A stretch of 64,000 bases of DNA from Selaginella moellendorffii (GCF_000143415.4 NW_003314278.1:1810362-1874361); one strand, 5' to 3'; shown: positions 51,768-64,000, counted from the first letter of the stretch. The notes: generated from the sequence alone by a model not told the origin. Program-made: numbers and translations.

Positions 51768-53987
51768 TCAAACTAGGACTGAAAAAGCATTGGCCGTGAG
51801 AATATATGCCATGTTGAGCTTTGGGTCCAGCTCTGTGACATGCTTAGCAGCAAAGGCTCCCAACTCAAGGTTGCCATAGATTTTACACCCATTAAGCAAA
51901 CAACACCACTCCAAAACTTCTGGAACAAATGGCATGCATGATGTCAACTCGCCAGCCTCACGCAAATGCCCTGCACGGCTCAAGAGATCAATCATGCAAC
52001 TGTAGTGCTGTTTCAATGCTTGCAGCCCATAGTCAACGCTCATAGACACAAACAAGCATCTCCAAGATAAACCTTGCCTACTTGGCTGCATGCCGCAAGG
52101 GCAGACATGAAGCAAATCTCATCCGGAAGAAAGCAATCGTCTCTCAAATTGTAAAATGCATCCAATGCTTCACTAAAGTTACCACTACAAACACAGCTGG
52201 CTAGCAACGAGCTCCAAGCGACCAAGCACCTCTCGGGCATCTCAAGCAAGAGCTTTCTACAATGCAAGAGGTGGCCGGTTTGAGCATAGAGAGACAACAT
52301 TGCAGTCCAGGAGGCTGTGTCCTTCCGTGGCATGTCGTTGAACACTTCCCTCGCATCCAGTAGATGTCCATTTTGGGCATAAGTTGCAAACATCACATTC
52401 CAGCACACAACATCTCTGTTTTACGGAGAGATTCTTTCAAACAAGCCCTTAGCATCTTCCACTTGCCCATTTTGGCCAAAGTTGAGAACCATGGCTGTTG
52501 AAGAGACTGAATCCTGAAATGGCATTGTGTCGAAAAGCTGCTTAGCCTCTTCAAACTTGCCGCTTTTGGAAAAAGTCGAGATCATTACAGTGCTAGACAC
52601 AACATCCCACTCTGGCATTTCGTACTGGAAGATTTCCTTGGCTCTACTTATCATCCCTTTCTGGGCCTCTATTGAGAGTATTGTATTCCAGGAAATCCGA
52701 TCCTTTTCAGGCATCATGTCGAAAACCCTTCTTGTTTCCTCCAAGTGCCCGTTCAGTGCATTTGCTGACAAAAGAGCATTCCACGACATTGTACTATGCT
52801 GTGGCATCTTTACAAAAAGTTCTCTAAATTCCGACAGGTACTTATTTTGTGCAAGAGCTGACAGCATTACATTTGCCGCCTCTATTGTCTTTTGTGGCAT
52901 CATTTCAAAGATATTCTTTGCGTCATCCAGATGCCCGCTTTGGGCATAAGCACACAGTATAATTGTCCATGAAACCAGATCGTGTTTCGGCTCACTATCA
53001 AAAATCACTCTTGCTTCTTCTAACTTATTGTCATGCACATACGCTGAAAGCATTGCATTCCAAGAAGCCATTTGTTCGTTCGGGCATAGCTTCAAAGATT
53101 ATCGCCGCGTTTTGCAGATCTCCAAGATGGGCACATGCAGAGAGCATTGCATTCCAAGCTACAAGATCGTTGCTCTGAACGTTTCTTTAACAGCTTGTAA
53201 GTCTTTGACCTGTAAAAATGCGTCCAGCAAGCACGTCCGTGACACCAAGTTTCTAAACGGCATCTGATCAAAAGTTTGCTTGGCTTCGGAAAAGTTTCCT
53301 CTCTTCACATACGCAGTGAGCACTGCTGTCCACGATACGAGATCCCATTCCGGCATGAGATCAACAAAAATTCTCGCCATTTCAACAGTCCCGTTCTGCA
53401 CATACGCGTTGAACATGGCCGTCCAAGAGATTAGATCTCGTAGTGGCATCGCGTGAAACATTCTCTTGGCAAGAACAAGGTACCCTCTTTGGGCATATGC
53501 ACAAGCATAGTGGTCCAAGCAACTAATGTTTGCTTTGGCATTCTATCGAACAAAATGTTCGCCTTTTCAAGAAATCCATGATGAACGTACACGTCAATCA
53601 TAAAGTTTCAAGCCACTGTAGTGGCATCTGGCATCCTTGCAAAGGTATTTTCGGCTTCCTCTAGATGCCCAGAACGGGCATATGAGCTTAACATTGCAAC
53701 CCAAGAAACAGTAGTTCTCTGAGGCATCGAATCAAAGAATCCCTTTGCATTCTCAAGGCTGCCATACTTCGAGTAAGCATTCATCATGAAATCCCAAGAG
53801 TAGACATCCCTATGGTATCAAAAACTTGTTTGGCGTGCAATGAGCTTCCACACCTCGTGTACATTGCGATGAGCTTGTTGCACAGGAAAACATCATCAGT
53901 TTTGGCACTGTTACTGGCATGCAGATCCTCAGCCAAAGCCAAGCTCTTGCAAGATTGGATGAGTTCTAAGCACTGGACTTTGTCCAT
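51768..53987 (-). pseudogene. PLS-class PPR pseudogene with C-terminal E domain (no DYW)
   Basis: PPR repeats followed by HYSCMIDLLSRAGHL...MPFVPEVLEWCCLLNGCKIYGN...AYILTAN. Multiple frameshifts and stops. Inverted paralog of 22565-24200. Confidence 0.92.
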
Positions 53988-54050
53988 AGTCTTCCAAGGA
54001 TTTTCATTGTATGGCAATTCCTTGCATTTGCGATTGTCTCTGGAATGTTT

Positions 54051-54134
54051 TCATTTTAACGATGCTGTGATGCTTACAAGTGCCTTTACAAGCTCATCTA
54101 GAGTGGAAAAGAAGGGGCTGTGATCAGATGCAAG
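54051..54134 (-). pseudogene. 3' terminal fragment of a third methylesterase copy
   Basis: Reverse strand reads LASDHSPFFST…ITASLK*, matching 22418-22501. It is fused directly to family C interior. Confidence 0.85.
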
Positions 54135-57100
54135 AGTTAACCGGAGTCAACTCCAACCCCTTCACTAGTTTGTACTGGCTTATGAAAACAGAATGGTTTT
54201 CGGCAAAGTGGCTAACAGATCAACCATTGGAGAAGTCTAAGAAAATTTGTGGAAAATTTCCATCTTAGAGAAAGAATGACTCTCAATTCAGGATTGCAAA
54301 CTTTTAAGACTCAACCAACTTCCTCCTACTAACAACTTCACATAGGCTCACCTCAACACAGATTTTTATGATCCATCAATATGCTTAAGCATCGAACATC
54401 TTTGCCCATTTTTTCTGATATCCAACTCTAACATCTGGAAAGTGCAAAATGAACATCCAAGGCTTGATCATGAAGACCACATCTTCGGATATCCACATTG
54501 CACTAACACTCTTTTTCAATCACCTTCAAGATCCAATGTGAAGCCAAAACACTAACAAAAAAAATGACATGGAAAATCAAACTTTAAGGAAAATTCCTCA
54601 TCACTCGAACAACAATGCCACTTTCACTAACACAACTGCTAGCAATATCAATGCCTTAACTACACATTTTCTCCATCCAACAATCTACTCCAAATGTTAA
54701 CAGATCAACCGATGAGCTATAGTAAATGAATGCTACAACCCTTTTCCAACACCTAACAGGCAAACTCAAGGAAACAAGGTACCAACTTAAGCATAATGGA
54801 CCATCATTGAGAATCCAATCAAAGCTACTACAATGTTACTTCGTGCAAGTAGACTAGCTTCTCCATCAACCACTTTGGGGTTGATCATCATTTACCCAAG
54901 CAACTTCGTAAACACATTGCTCATTATCACATGGATATGATATAAATCATAATGACTTGATCATCAATCAAGCAACACTATGAGCAATGCCCATATCACT
55001 ACTGCAAAGGTTTATGTGAATATCAAGTGTCAACTCAATTCGACAAAATGCACATAAATGCCACACCCCACCGATAGAGATTTACAACACCCGACACCAC
55101 TAACTTTTGTTCACAACACAAACAAGCTCATGCCACTCTCTTTCTGACCAAACTTAAAACTAATCCAACACCAAGCTACTCAAAGAACAATAGCAAGGTT
55201 CCCCGGAAAAGAATTGAGCATTGCAACCCAAGTCTTCCAATAGCAAGCCTAGACAAAATGGTATAGCGCTTCATTGCTATTCATCCCACAACTCACTATT
55301 TGTAAGACTATCATTTCCAACATGCATCAAGGTAGGGACTCTTGATTGCATGATGTGAACACGAGTAATAAGTTAGCACCTTGTTGCGAATCATCTCTCC
55401 AAGAAGAGAAAATGATTTACGTGTTTGATCCTTCGTCCCCGATGACTCTCTTTTCGATCTCATCTTTGACCAAACCTCAAGCTTGCTTTCGCACTGCCTT
55501 CAGTTCAATCGAAGAAAAGTTTATGAGAGAGCACGGCCATGACTACTTGAACCAATAGACTAATCCTTATAGTCTTGATTGATCCACTTATAATCATGCC
55601 TAGGAAGGATCCACTAGTGCCGTGCTAAATAGATACGGACCATCCTATTTGCCACTCACAGCAAACCCAAGGAAGGTTAACTTTCACCCATGGTACATGG
55701 AACAACTCATGGAACCATCGATAGGCTAACATTAATCCTGCCAACTCAAAGAACCTTGAGTTGCTAATGTGCCTCACTCACAAGCCTAAGCGCAAACTCA
55801 TGTGAACAGAACAACTCACATCCATCTTATGAGCCCAAGAGCAAGCTCATACAATGCAGTACACAAAGGTAACTGAAATCCATACCCAAGGAACGATTGC
55901 AAAGCCTTTGCACCCAAATGTGTACCCACTCGGATCATCGTTTTCATCTCTATGTATGCAACGAGATTAGTTGCCCAATCTCATTAGATAGTACTCGCCA
56001 AGACTCATCCTTTGATACTAAATGTAGCGCATGTGGTTTTTACCCTTTATCCTATGGTGATTTACCATAGGATAACACCATGAAACAGAACCTAAACCCA
56101 TGTGCCACGTGTCAAATGCCATGTGACAGATGCCACGTGTCCATAGGACAGTGGTGTGGAACCCGAGGTTTAGAGCCTTGGGCCACTGAACGAAGGAATA
56201 GTGCCAAACTCCCAAGCCTGAAGCCAAGGAGTGATGGAACCGGACCACGGAGCAACTCCTGAGCATATAGCCCAAGGAGCGAAGGGACAAGAGCCTAGAG
56301 TGACTTGGAACAGTCCTAGAGTAACTAGCATCCTAATGCCAGGACCAACATGCAAAACAGAGCCAAACGGAGTCTGGTGCTATTTTGGCATACCGGTGGC
56401 CTAACGCGAGGACATGGGTACTCCACCAGCTAGTGTGGAATGGAACTTGGGCTTAGACCCAAGCCGGACACAGAACAAGGACAGGCACGCAAGTGGGAGC
56501 TAGACTATGCCTCAAGTTGGCCGGCCATGCCCAACATACCCACTATCCCTACTATACATTTGGAACCCCCTATAGCCCCGCCCCCCCCCCCCCCCCCTTG
56601 AGGAACACACACTTTGGGCTTTCACCCCAAGCCTCCCTTAGTATCAGGAGTTAGTCTCTGGGACAAGCTCGAAACTTACTAAATATGGAATGGTGCTAGA
56701 TTGTGAATTTGGACACGGGATGAACATCATTGTGTTTAAGCCGATCTCTACATTCCATAGATATACCAAATGAGCAAATCTAAACACTTTCTATAAATAG
56801 CATTTATGACCGAATTGAGACTAACACTAAGGGTATGATAGCGAGGGTGTTTGGCAAACACGGTAAGCTATCATCCAGCAATATTGAGGGACTACTCTCA
56901 ATACGCGAGAGTTTTTGCCAAGCCAATGCAAGATAGAGCAAAAGAGAACTAAGAGCCAGGCCAAGTATGTTCAGCTAGAAACACATAGAAGTTCCTACCT
57001 TATGTCCATCTGGCTAAGTACAAATGCTAAGCCTAGTAAACTAACACTTGAACAAGAGGGGGGCTAATAAAGGGTATCAACAATACTGACCTCCTGCCAT

Positions 57101-57176
57101 CATGGCAGTAAAGTAAGAGTGTCCGTAAGGACTAGCCGATAGGTAACTTTCGATACCCAAAGTCACATTTGCGACA
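54135..57176 (-). mobile_element. Family C element, 3'-truncated (5' LTR 56023-57176 plus ~1.9 kb interior)
   Basis: Reverse complement of 29885-32920. Confidence 0.9.
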
Positions 57177-59043
57177 TAGGGAGTGCATTTTCTTGTATTC
57201 TCCTTCTTTTTGTCTAGAATTTGATATTTGAGTCAATTATTTCTTGAGATTTTAGGCATCTTAACTCGTGATTTTGGTCTCATTCTCTTGGTTTGAGTCT
57301 AAACTTTCCAACGAGTCTATCCACACCCAATTTTATACACAAAGTTGAGAGATTTTATATGTAATGTTTTGCTCTTGAGGCATTTTGAGTATTGGAGTTT
57401 GATTTTGTTTCTTTTCTTGATTTTTTTAGTGACAACATATATCCACATCATACCAAGTGACACAATATCTTTTGTGTCTTTTCCCTTTTTCTTTACTAAA
57501 TTTTTCTTTTCTTTATGAGAAATTGGCATTTGTGAGAGTGACAATGATTTTGGCTGGGGAAATCCATGTGAGAATACTTCTTTATTTGGAGCTATCCCAT
57601 TTGGATACTTTGTTCTCACACAAATTAGAGTTCTTAGTGCATTGCATTTTCCACAACTTGGCATCTATTGCACAATAGACACTTTATGCTAATTTACACT
57701 CATTTTAGTCAAAGATAGCAACCAACAAACTTCCATACAATGCCTAGGATACAAAGATATTTTTAATGCCTTCTATGCAAGTTTGTTTATCAGACTACTC
57801 TCTCCGGCTAGGAGGATTTATCATTCACCACATATACTAAGTCGGGGAGTCTCCCCCCCATGGCTTTTCCTACATAAATCCACATTCTACAGTGAGGTAC
57901 CAACTTGTTATACTTCTCTAGCAATGGTGACAAGGGGGATGGTCCAAAGTTGAGTTGAGCTCATGAGTTGAGCTCAATTCAGCTCAAGTCAATACTAGTC
58001 AACATAGTCAACCATAAGTCTTATAAGAAAATGTCAAGTCAGAAAAATATTATTCTTTGGTGAATTTGAAATTTATGAATTTAAGTATCAATGGTTCAGA
58101 GAAATTTCTATTTTTTGAATCTTTCTAATGCAATTTATACAATAAAATACTGTTTCTAGAATTAGAAGTTTGTTTGAACCCATGGAAATTTTTGGGCTTT
58201 ATTGGTCCCAAATAAAAATGCGAATATTGAATTTCGAATGAACATGAAATTTCTATTATACATTTCAATATTTTACCATTTCAACAATTGACCCGAAATA
58301 TATAAGTAATTCAAAACACTGATTCACTCGTTCATATTTTATAGTTTACAGAGATGCGAAGTAAAGAAGACAAAAAATCTGTGAGTAATTCTAGCATACA
58401 GAAATGTGAGAATGTTAATTTTGTTTCACTACCACAATCTCTATATTACACGTCTGGTCCTTATTACCCATCCGAGAATGTGGAGACCACTGTTACTATT
58501 GATAAAAATGCTCTTATTACTTTCGAAACAACAGTCTAGGGTAAGAGTAAAAAAGAAATGGACAACACAGTAGAAAGCACTAATAAATCCACTCGATAAA
58601 CCTTTCAATGGCTTTTGTAATCCACTAAAATATTATAAAAAATGTAAATTTTTTATATATATATCTTATTCCTTTTGATATGTTTTGTCTTTGCAAAAAA
58701 TATAAGTATATATGATGTGGACAAATCAAAGTGTTAAATCTATATATGATTTTGGGACTAAAAGGTAATCTTGCAAAAAGGCATACTCGCATGCCTGTAT
58801 GCATTCGCCATTATTTTATATGGCAGGCCAGCTATATAAAATAAGGCTACGTATTAATTATGTGTTAGTTTTTAACTCCTAAAACCCACTTGTCTCTTAT
58901 AGTAGGTTGTAATTACTAAGACTAACAATTATGATTCAATATATTGTCATGTCATAATAAAACATCATTCTCGAGATTGAAATATAGTATATTAATTAGA
59001 GAATTCTTATTGGTGGGAAGTTTAATTCTTCTTGTGTGTTGCA

Positions 59044-59598
59044 ATGGTTAGGAAGAAGTTTACTTTTGGTCCCGAAGGCTTTTCATATGAGTCTCCACCT
59101 CCATCTCCAATCTCAATCAATAATCCACCTTCATCTCTATGCAATAATTTTCCTTGTCATTTTGAGGGTTATTGTGAGGCTCATCCATTTGCGACCTCAA
59201 GTGCAACTGAACAAGAATTCCTTCCTTATGATGTTGTTAAAAGAGTTGAATTGCCTCAAATGCTCCAAGAGCGATGTCAATATTTTCTTCAAGATTTTAC
59301 TCTAGATATGGCAGGAGAGCTTAATGTAGATACATATTATCTTCAGTGTCCTATATACAACTTTTATTTAAACAAGACAGATGGTTGCATAGGTTTGGTA
59401 AATTTTATTGAGCATTGTCGCAAATGCCTAAGAGCAGGTTTGGAAGGTGTGCACGCGTGGATGTATAAAAAAATTAAGAAAGAAGTAAAAACACACAGCT
59501 ATTATGATTTCATAGTGGAGAATAATATTCCATTGGTGAACACTACATCAGTAAGTGCTGAAAATGGGATATTTAGGCCACCCTTTAATGTAATGTGA
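59044..59598 (+). CDS. Orphan intronless ORF, 184 aa, unknown function
   Basis: Open for 555 nt in AT-rich DNA. A diverged tandem paralog immediately downstream keeps the same peptide blocks. Confidence 0.6.
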   Translation: MVRKKFTFGPEGFSYESPPPSPISINNPPSSLCNNFPCHFEGYCEAHPFATSSATEQEFLPYDVVKRVELPQMLQERCQYFLQDFTLDMAGELNVDTYYLQCPIYNFYLNKTDGCIGLVNFIEHCRKCLRAGLEGVHAWMYKKIKKEVKTHSYYDFIVENNIPLVNTTSVSAENGIFRPPFNVM

Positions 59599-59854
59599 AA
59601 GCCATGCATAGTTTTTTCAAAAGTTTAATTCTTTATGAGTAAAGTGGAGAATCTTATATATTTGAGAATGATAGTATTCTAGCATATATAAAGATGTTAT
59701 TATATATACAAGTGGTTCTGACACTGTTATAATTCTAAAGTCCCATTTTTTAGACTAACAACTAAACTTTCAAGAACCCCTAGATCTTTTCTTAGTATAA
59801 ATACCAATAAGGGATGCCTTCAACATTGAAATTTCAGTTTTTTTAAAGTGTAGA

Positions 59855-60326
59855 ATGGCTAGGGAAAATGTTATTGCTATTCACACTTGGCCCCCATGCA
59901 TTTCATATGAGTCTCTACCTTCATCTCCAACTTCTACCAACATTCCACCCTTCCTTCCACACAACAATTGTTATGAGGCTTTTCCTTTTGTAGCCCCAAG
60001 TGTGACTGAATAAGAGATCCCTCTTCTAGATAATGTTCTAAATGTTGCTATTAAAGATGGATTGTCTCATATGCTTCAAAAGCGATGCCAGATGTTTTTT
60101 CAAGATCTTGTTCCAGATATGGTTGAAACTTTTGAAAGAATGAACACAAGAACACTGTCACAATTGCCCAAGAACTGATATGGAAGGTGTGCATAAATGG
60201 ATGTATAAGAAAATCAAAAAAGAGTTAAGAATACACAACCATTATCGTTTCATGGTGAGGAACAATATTCTGTTAGTAAATACATCCACAAGTGTTGAAT
60301 ATGGTATTTTTAGGCCATCCTACTGA
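59855..60326 (+). pseudogene. Degenerate tandem paralog of the 59044-59598 ORF
   Basis: Shared blocks SYESxPxSP, MLQxRCQxFxQD, EGVHxWMYKKIKKE and NNIxLVNT…GIFRP. It has an in-frame TAA at ~60011 and an internal deletion. Confidence 0.8.
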
Positions 60327-60741
60327 AAATTCTAGCTACTAATAATTCTCACACTATGATATTATCCATCCCCCCCCTCTCGCCTTTTTTTATTAACAAA
60401 ATTGTATTACCTATAGATAATAAACTCATAATACTAGTAATTATGAAATTTGACAGATTGATACTATAACTCTATCATCTCTGACAATGACACTATCTTT
60501 GTCACTGACATTATCATTGTCACTATCTGCTGCACTGACACTGTCACTGTCACAATCATTATCACATTGACATGTGACACATCTTTCTTATTGCAAGTGG
60601 ATGCATTCAATTGTCTTTTAATGTATCATTAATAAATAGATTTTTCATACCACTCCTCAATTTACACATTGCCATGCATACTTAGGAAGACTTCTAAAAA
60701 ACTAAATTTATATTATATATAAGTTTTTAAAACATCATAAA

Positions 60742-63700
60742 TTACCTCCTAAAAGCAACTGATAGAGAAGGACGAAAACCTCTAAAATAGTGTTTGAAGA
60801 ACTCATATTCTTTAATGGCAAACACCAATCTACCAGAGTCACGTGCTGCCTTGACCATCGAACCACTACCTGCTGTGTAATTGATGACAACACCCCTAGT
60901 TGGTTAATAAAGCTCAAGTAGGACATGCATTGCTGATGGAGATCAGAACCAATACCCAGACAATGTGTTGTGGATGCCGTCATCTACGAGATTTGGTATG
61001 ATGTCAGTAAAGCTATCATACCCTGGCAAAACCCTTGCAGTGCGCTCGCTATCACAAAAACCATCATTTTCTCTTCTACAGAACACATGGTAGGTCCACA
61101 TCATAACCTAAATAATAAAACTTTAGAAACAACCAAAACAAAAGATGATTTTTTACCTTCTCTGGCATGCCTAAAAAGCCTTTGGTCTCGACCCCAACAC
61201 TATCCATGATGCACTTGGAACTTGAAGTTAACTCGAGTTGCATACCTCATAAAGCAGGATATCCAATGGTGGTCATTTAGGAGAATGAAGGCAACTTGAT
61301 TGGTTGTGAATCTCATGTGTCCTCCTCCTCAACAGGAGGAGGAGGAGGAGGAGGAGGTTTTGGAAGACCATTTGGCATGTCAAAGAGTATGAAGTTTGTG
61401 CTCTTGAGTAGTCGCCTATGGATCTTCTAACAAAAGCGCTCCCACTTTTGCCAAATAGCCATATTCTTAGCATCCTCCTCAAAAGATGCCATCAATGAAT
61501 TGTAGGAGCCAATAAAGATCCCAACTTCACCATGAAATGCCATTGGAGAAACAGGGTGAATCTAGGAGGAGAAGACAAAGGTAATGAACTTAAGAAAAAT
61601 TTACATACCATCATGGTAGATGTAAGTTCCTCCAGGTCCTCTTCTCAGGCATCAAGATGAGTTGGAATGAAGTTACTCTCAACAGTTTTTGCTACAACCA
61701 TTTTGAGAAACTAAGAAAAGGAGAGAATTAAGAGAAATATACTTTAAGAAGTTCCTCAGTTATAGGCATGTCTTGGACAATCATCATCACTATTAACTAG
61801 TTCCTCCAAATGTGGATTTGCATGCTTTTGTCGAGATAGAACTTCTTGGATGTTCTAGTTCTTTTGCTCAACTTCGTCTTGAGGAATTTCTTGCAAGTTG
61901 TTTTCACCGCCATCTTCACTCTCCTCGCCATTGGCACCAACAGTGTCAACATTCTCGTGGCCATCATCTTCGTCATCCGGCACATCTTCATTGTTGCCTC
62001 TTGCAGCCTCTCGGTGGGTTGGTGCATAATTTGGCATCTCCAATTACCAAGGACAAACTTGCTTTATTGCTACTAGAAACTTCATTGTTGTCAGGTACAT
62101 GCCTCCATCTCTCACACCATGCCGCAGGAGTCATATGCATACCGGTGTTTCGAGAGGAACGCCTCTATATTAGAGATACCTATATAAACAAATTGAGTAT
62201 AGTTGAGAAATTATATTGGAGATACCTATAATAGAATATAAACAAATTGAGTATAGTTGAGAAATTGTATGTTACTTGAAAGCCGCTCGCCACATGAAGT
62301 AAGGTTGGCCAAGTTGTTTATCAAATGGAGTCATGCTTGTGGCCTTCTTTGGTAGCCAATCCTCTCCAAGTTTTGTAAACTCAATGGTGACGAAGTCCTT
62401 AAATGGAAGTTGCTCAAGATCATCCCCTATGAAAGGCACTAGAAACATCTCCTCTTCATATATAGTTTGTGAAATGTAGACAGTCCTCCTCATCACAATC
62501 TCCATCATATTGTCCAAACCTTTTTCTCCTTCCCTAAGTTTACTATTGAGGTCGTTCAAAATGTGTATCTGTTCCTCATATGTAAGCTTTGACTTTGAGA
62601 TATTGTAAATAATCTCATCTGGAGTTTTGCCCACTAAAAAATAACTTTTGTGAGAAATCATGTAAATGCAAACAATACTTACTTTCATGACAAACAATCT
62701 CTATTATGATATCAAACCACTCCTTTGGGCATCGAGGGTCAGTCACACTAAGTAATTTCTTTACCTTTGTCTTCTTTATGATGTTGATTTTCTTGTCAAT
62801 TGTAGCTAAATGCTCCGAGAGTTCTTGATCATTTTCAGCTCGATGCGACTGTGCATATACATCTTGCCTAACCTTCACCAATGGCTAAAGATAACACAAA
62901 CATTCTATGATAAGAAGTATACTTAGAAGAACATACTGTACTTCATTTGATTCTTGTACCATCTATTGGCATCTTGACGACCTCGTTGATGCTGAATAAG
63001 TGATGCTAAATCATCACCATAGTGGCTGCAGACTGCATCCTCGTTGAGATTGGCAAGAAACCAAATCTTCTCAATATCATGTACTAGGCTTTATTTCTAC
63101 ACTACAAACTATCCCAGCCTGCAAAACATAAATTGTTAAAAGTGATTGAAGAGGGAGAGGTACTTATGTATTAATTTTGTGGCAAGCTATCACAAGCCTT
63201 ATTGATATGATAGACAGGATCATCTCGAAAGCATTCATTAATGCACTTCATCCACACACACCAACGATGATTCTCATCGATAATGTAGAACATTTTCCCC
63301 ACAAATTGTTGAGTCTCAGGATGGCTCATAAGCATGTTGTCAAATTCACGAGACTTCATTTTCCAAATGTCATCCCAAACCCTCTCAATTTCCAGTGACA
63401 CCGAGAGGGTATTTGTCGGTCCTAGCTTAAAGACCGAAACAAGGAATATACTTATGTTTGTCCCAAGGCCATTCTGTTTGTATAGACTATAGATGTCCAT
63501 GTTAACGAAGTGAGGTAAAGCAGACTGAACAATGCTTGTCTTAGTGAATCAACATAGTGGGATTTCTTGGATCATGTCTCCTAGGCCTTCCCACTTGAGA
63601 GACTCTAGAGTCATGTGAATGGCCTTTTCTTTGGTTCTCAAAGCTATCTCTTGGAAGCGCTTATCTACAATGTGTTCAAGTAACTCCACTTCTCTTTCAG

Positions 63701-64000
63701 CTTCAGCTACACCTCTAGTAGAAGCATTATCAGATCTAGCCCCCACCTCGGGCCCAACACCCCCATCAAATGTACTTGGGCATTGCTCCGTATTTGCCAT
63801 ATTTTATGAATATGTTAAGAGTAGTGGCATTTGTGGTTGTGGCAGCAATGGTAGTGATGACAATGGTTGCAATGGTGATGTTGGTGGTGATGATGGTGGA
63901 AATGGTAGTGGTAATGGCAATGATGGTGGTGGTAATAATGGTGGTGAAGACGGTGGTGGTAATAGTAGTGATGAAGGTAGAGGTGGCAATGGCGGTGAAG
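60742..64000 (-). pseudogene. Spliced ParB/Srx-like domain + beta-class N4-C/N6-A DNA methyltransferase gene, disrupted; 5' end probably outside the window
   Basis: FYIIDENHRW at 63261-63290 (ParB DGxHR-like). NFILFDMPNGL…T*D at ~61310-61396 (motif IV DPPY-like, followed by WD). *SPSAMHVLLELY*PTRGVVINYTAGSGSMVKAARDSGRLVFAIKE at ~60810-60950 (motifs X-I-II). Short GT-AG introns, e.g. 62885-62936, 62634-62682 and ~62165-62275. Confidence 0.75.

Noticed and set aside
62170-62270. ~50-bp tandem duplication
   Set aside because: It lies inside an intron of the MTase pseudogene and only explains that intron's doubled length.

Overview
Plant nuclear DNA, most likely a lycophyte such as Selaginella. 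This is inferred from the 40-75 bp introns, the style of the PLS-PPR genes and the LTR families; it was not verified by search. The left ~24 kb is genic: ALG14, a CLV1/BAM-type LRR receptor kinase, a small secreted 6-Cys protein resembling MiAMP1, two convergent PAR1-family genes, two tandem methylesterases each followed by a PPR pseudogene, and one decayed short-LTR Gypsy between microsatellites. 24.2-57.2 kb is a nest of LTR retroelements: Gypsy and Copia-like relics, TSD-flanked solo LTRs with hexamer arrays, a young TRIM, and an inverted copy of the MES-3'/PPR segment. The best candidate for an undescribed system is at 59-64 kb. There, an intron-containing, point-mutated minus-strand gene reads as an N-terminal ParB/Srx-like domain, an acidic linker and a beta-class N4-cytosine/N6-adenine DNA methyltransferase domain. 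It lies next to a tandem pair of orphan intronless ORFs. The ORF track does not show the methyltransferase motifs because they fall in stop-interrupted frames.
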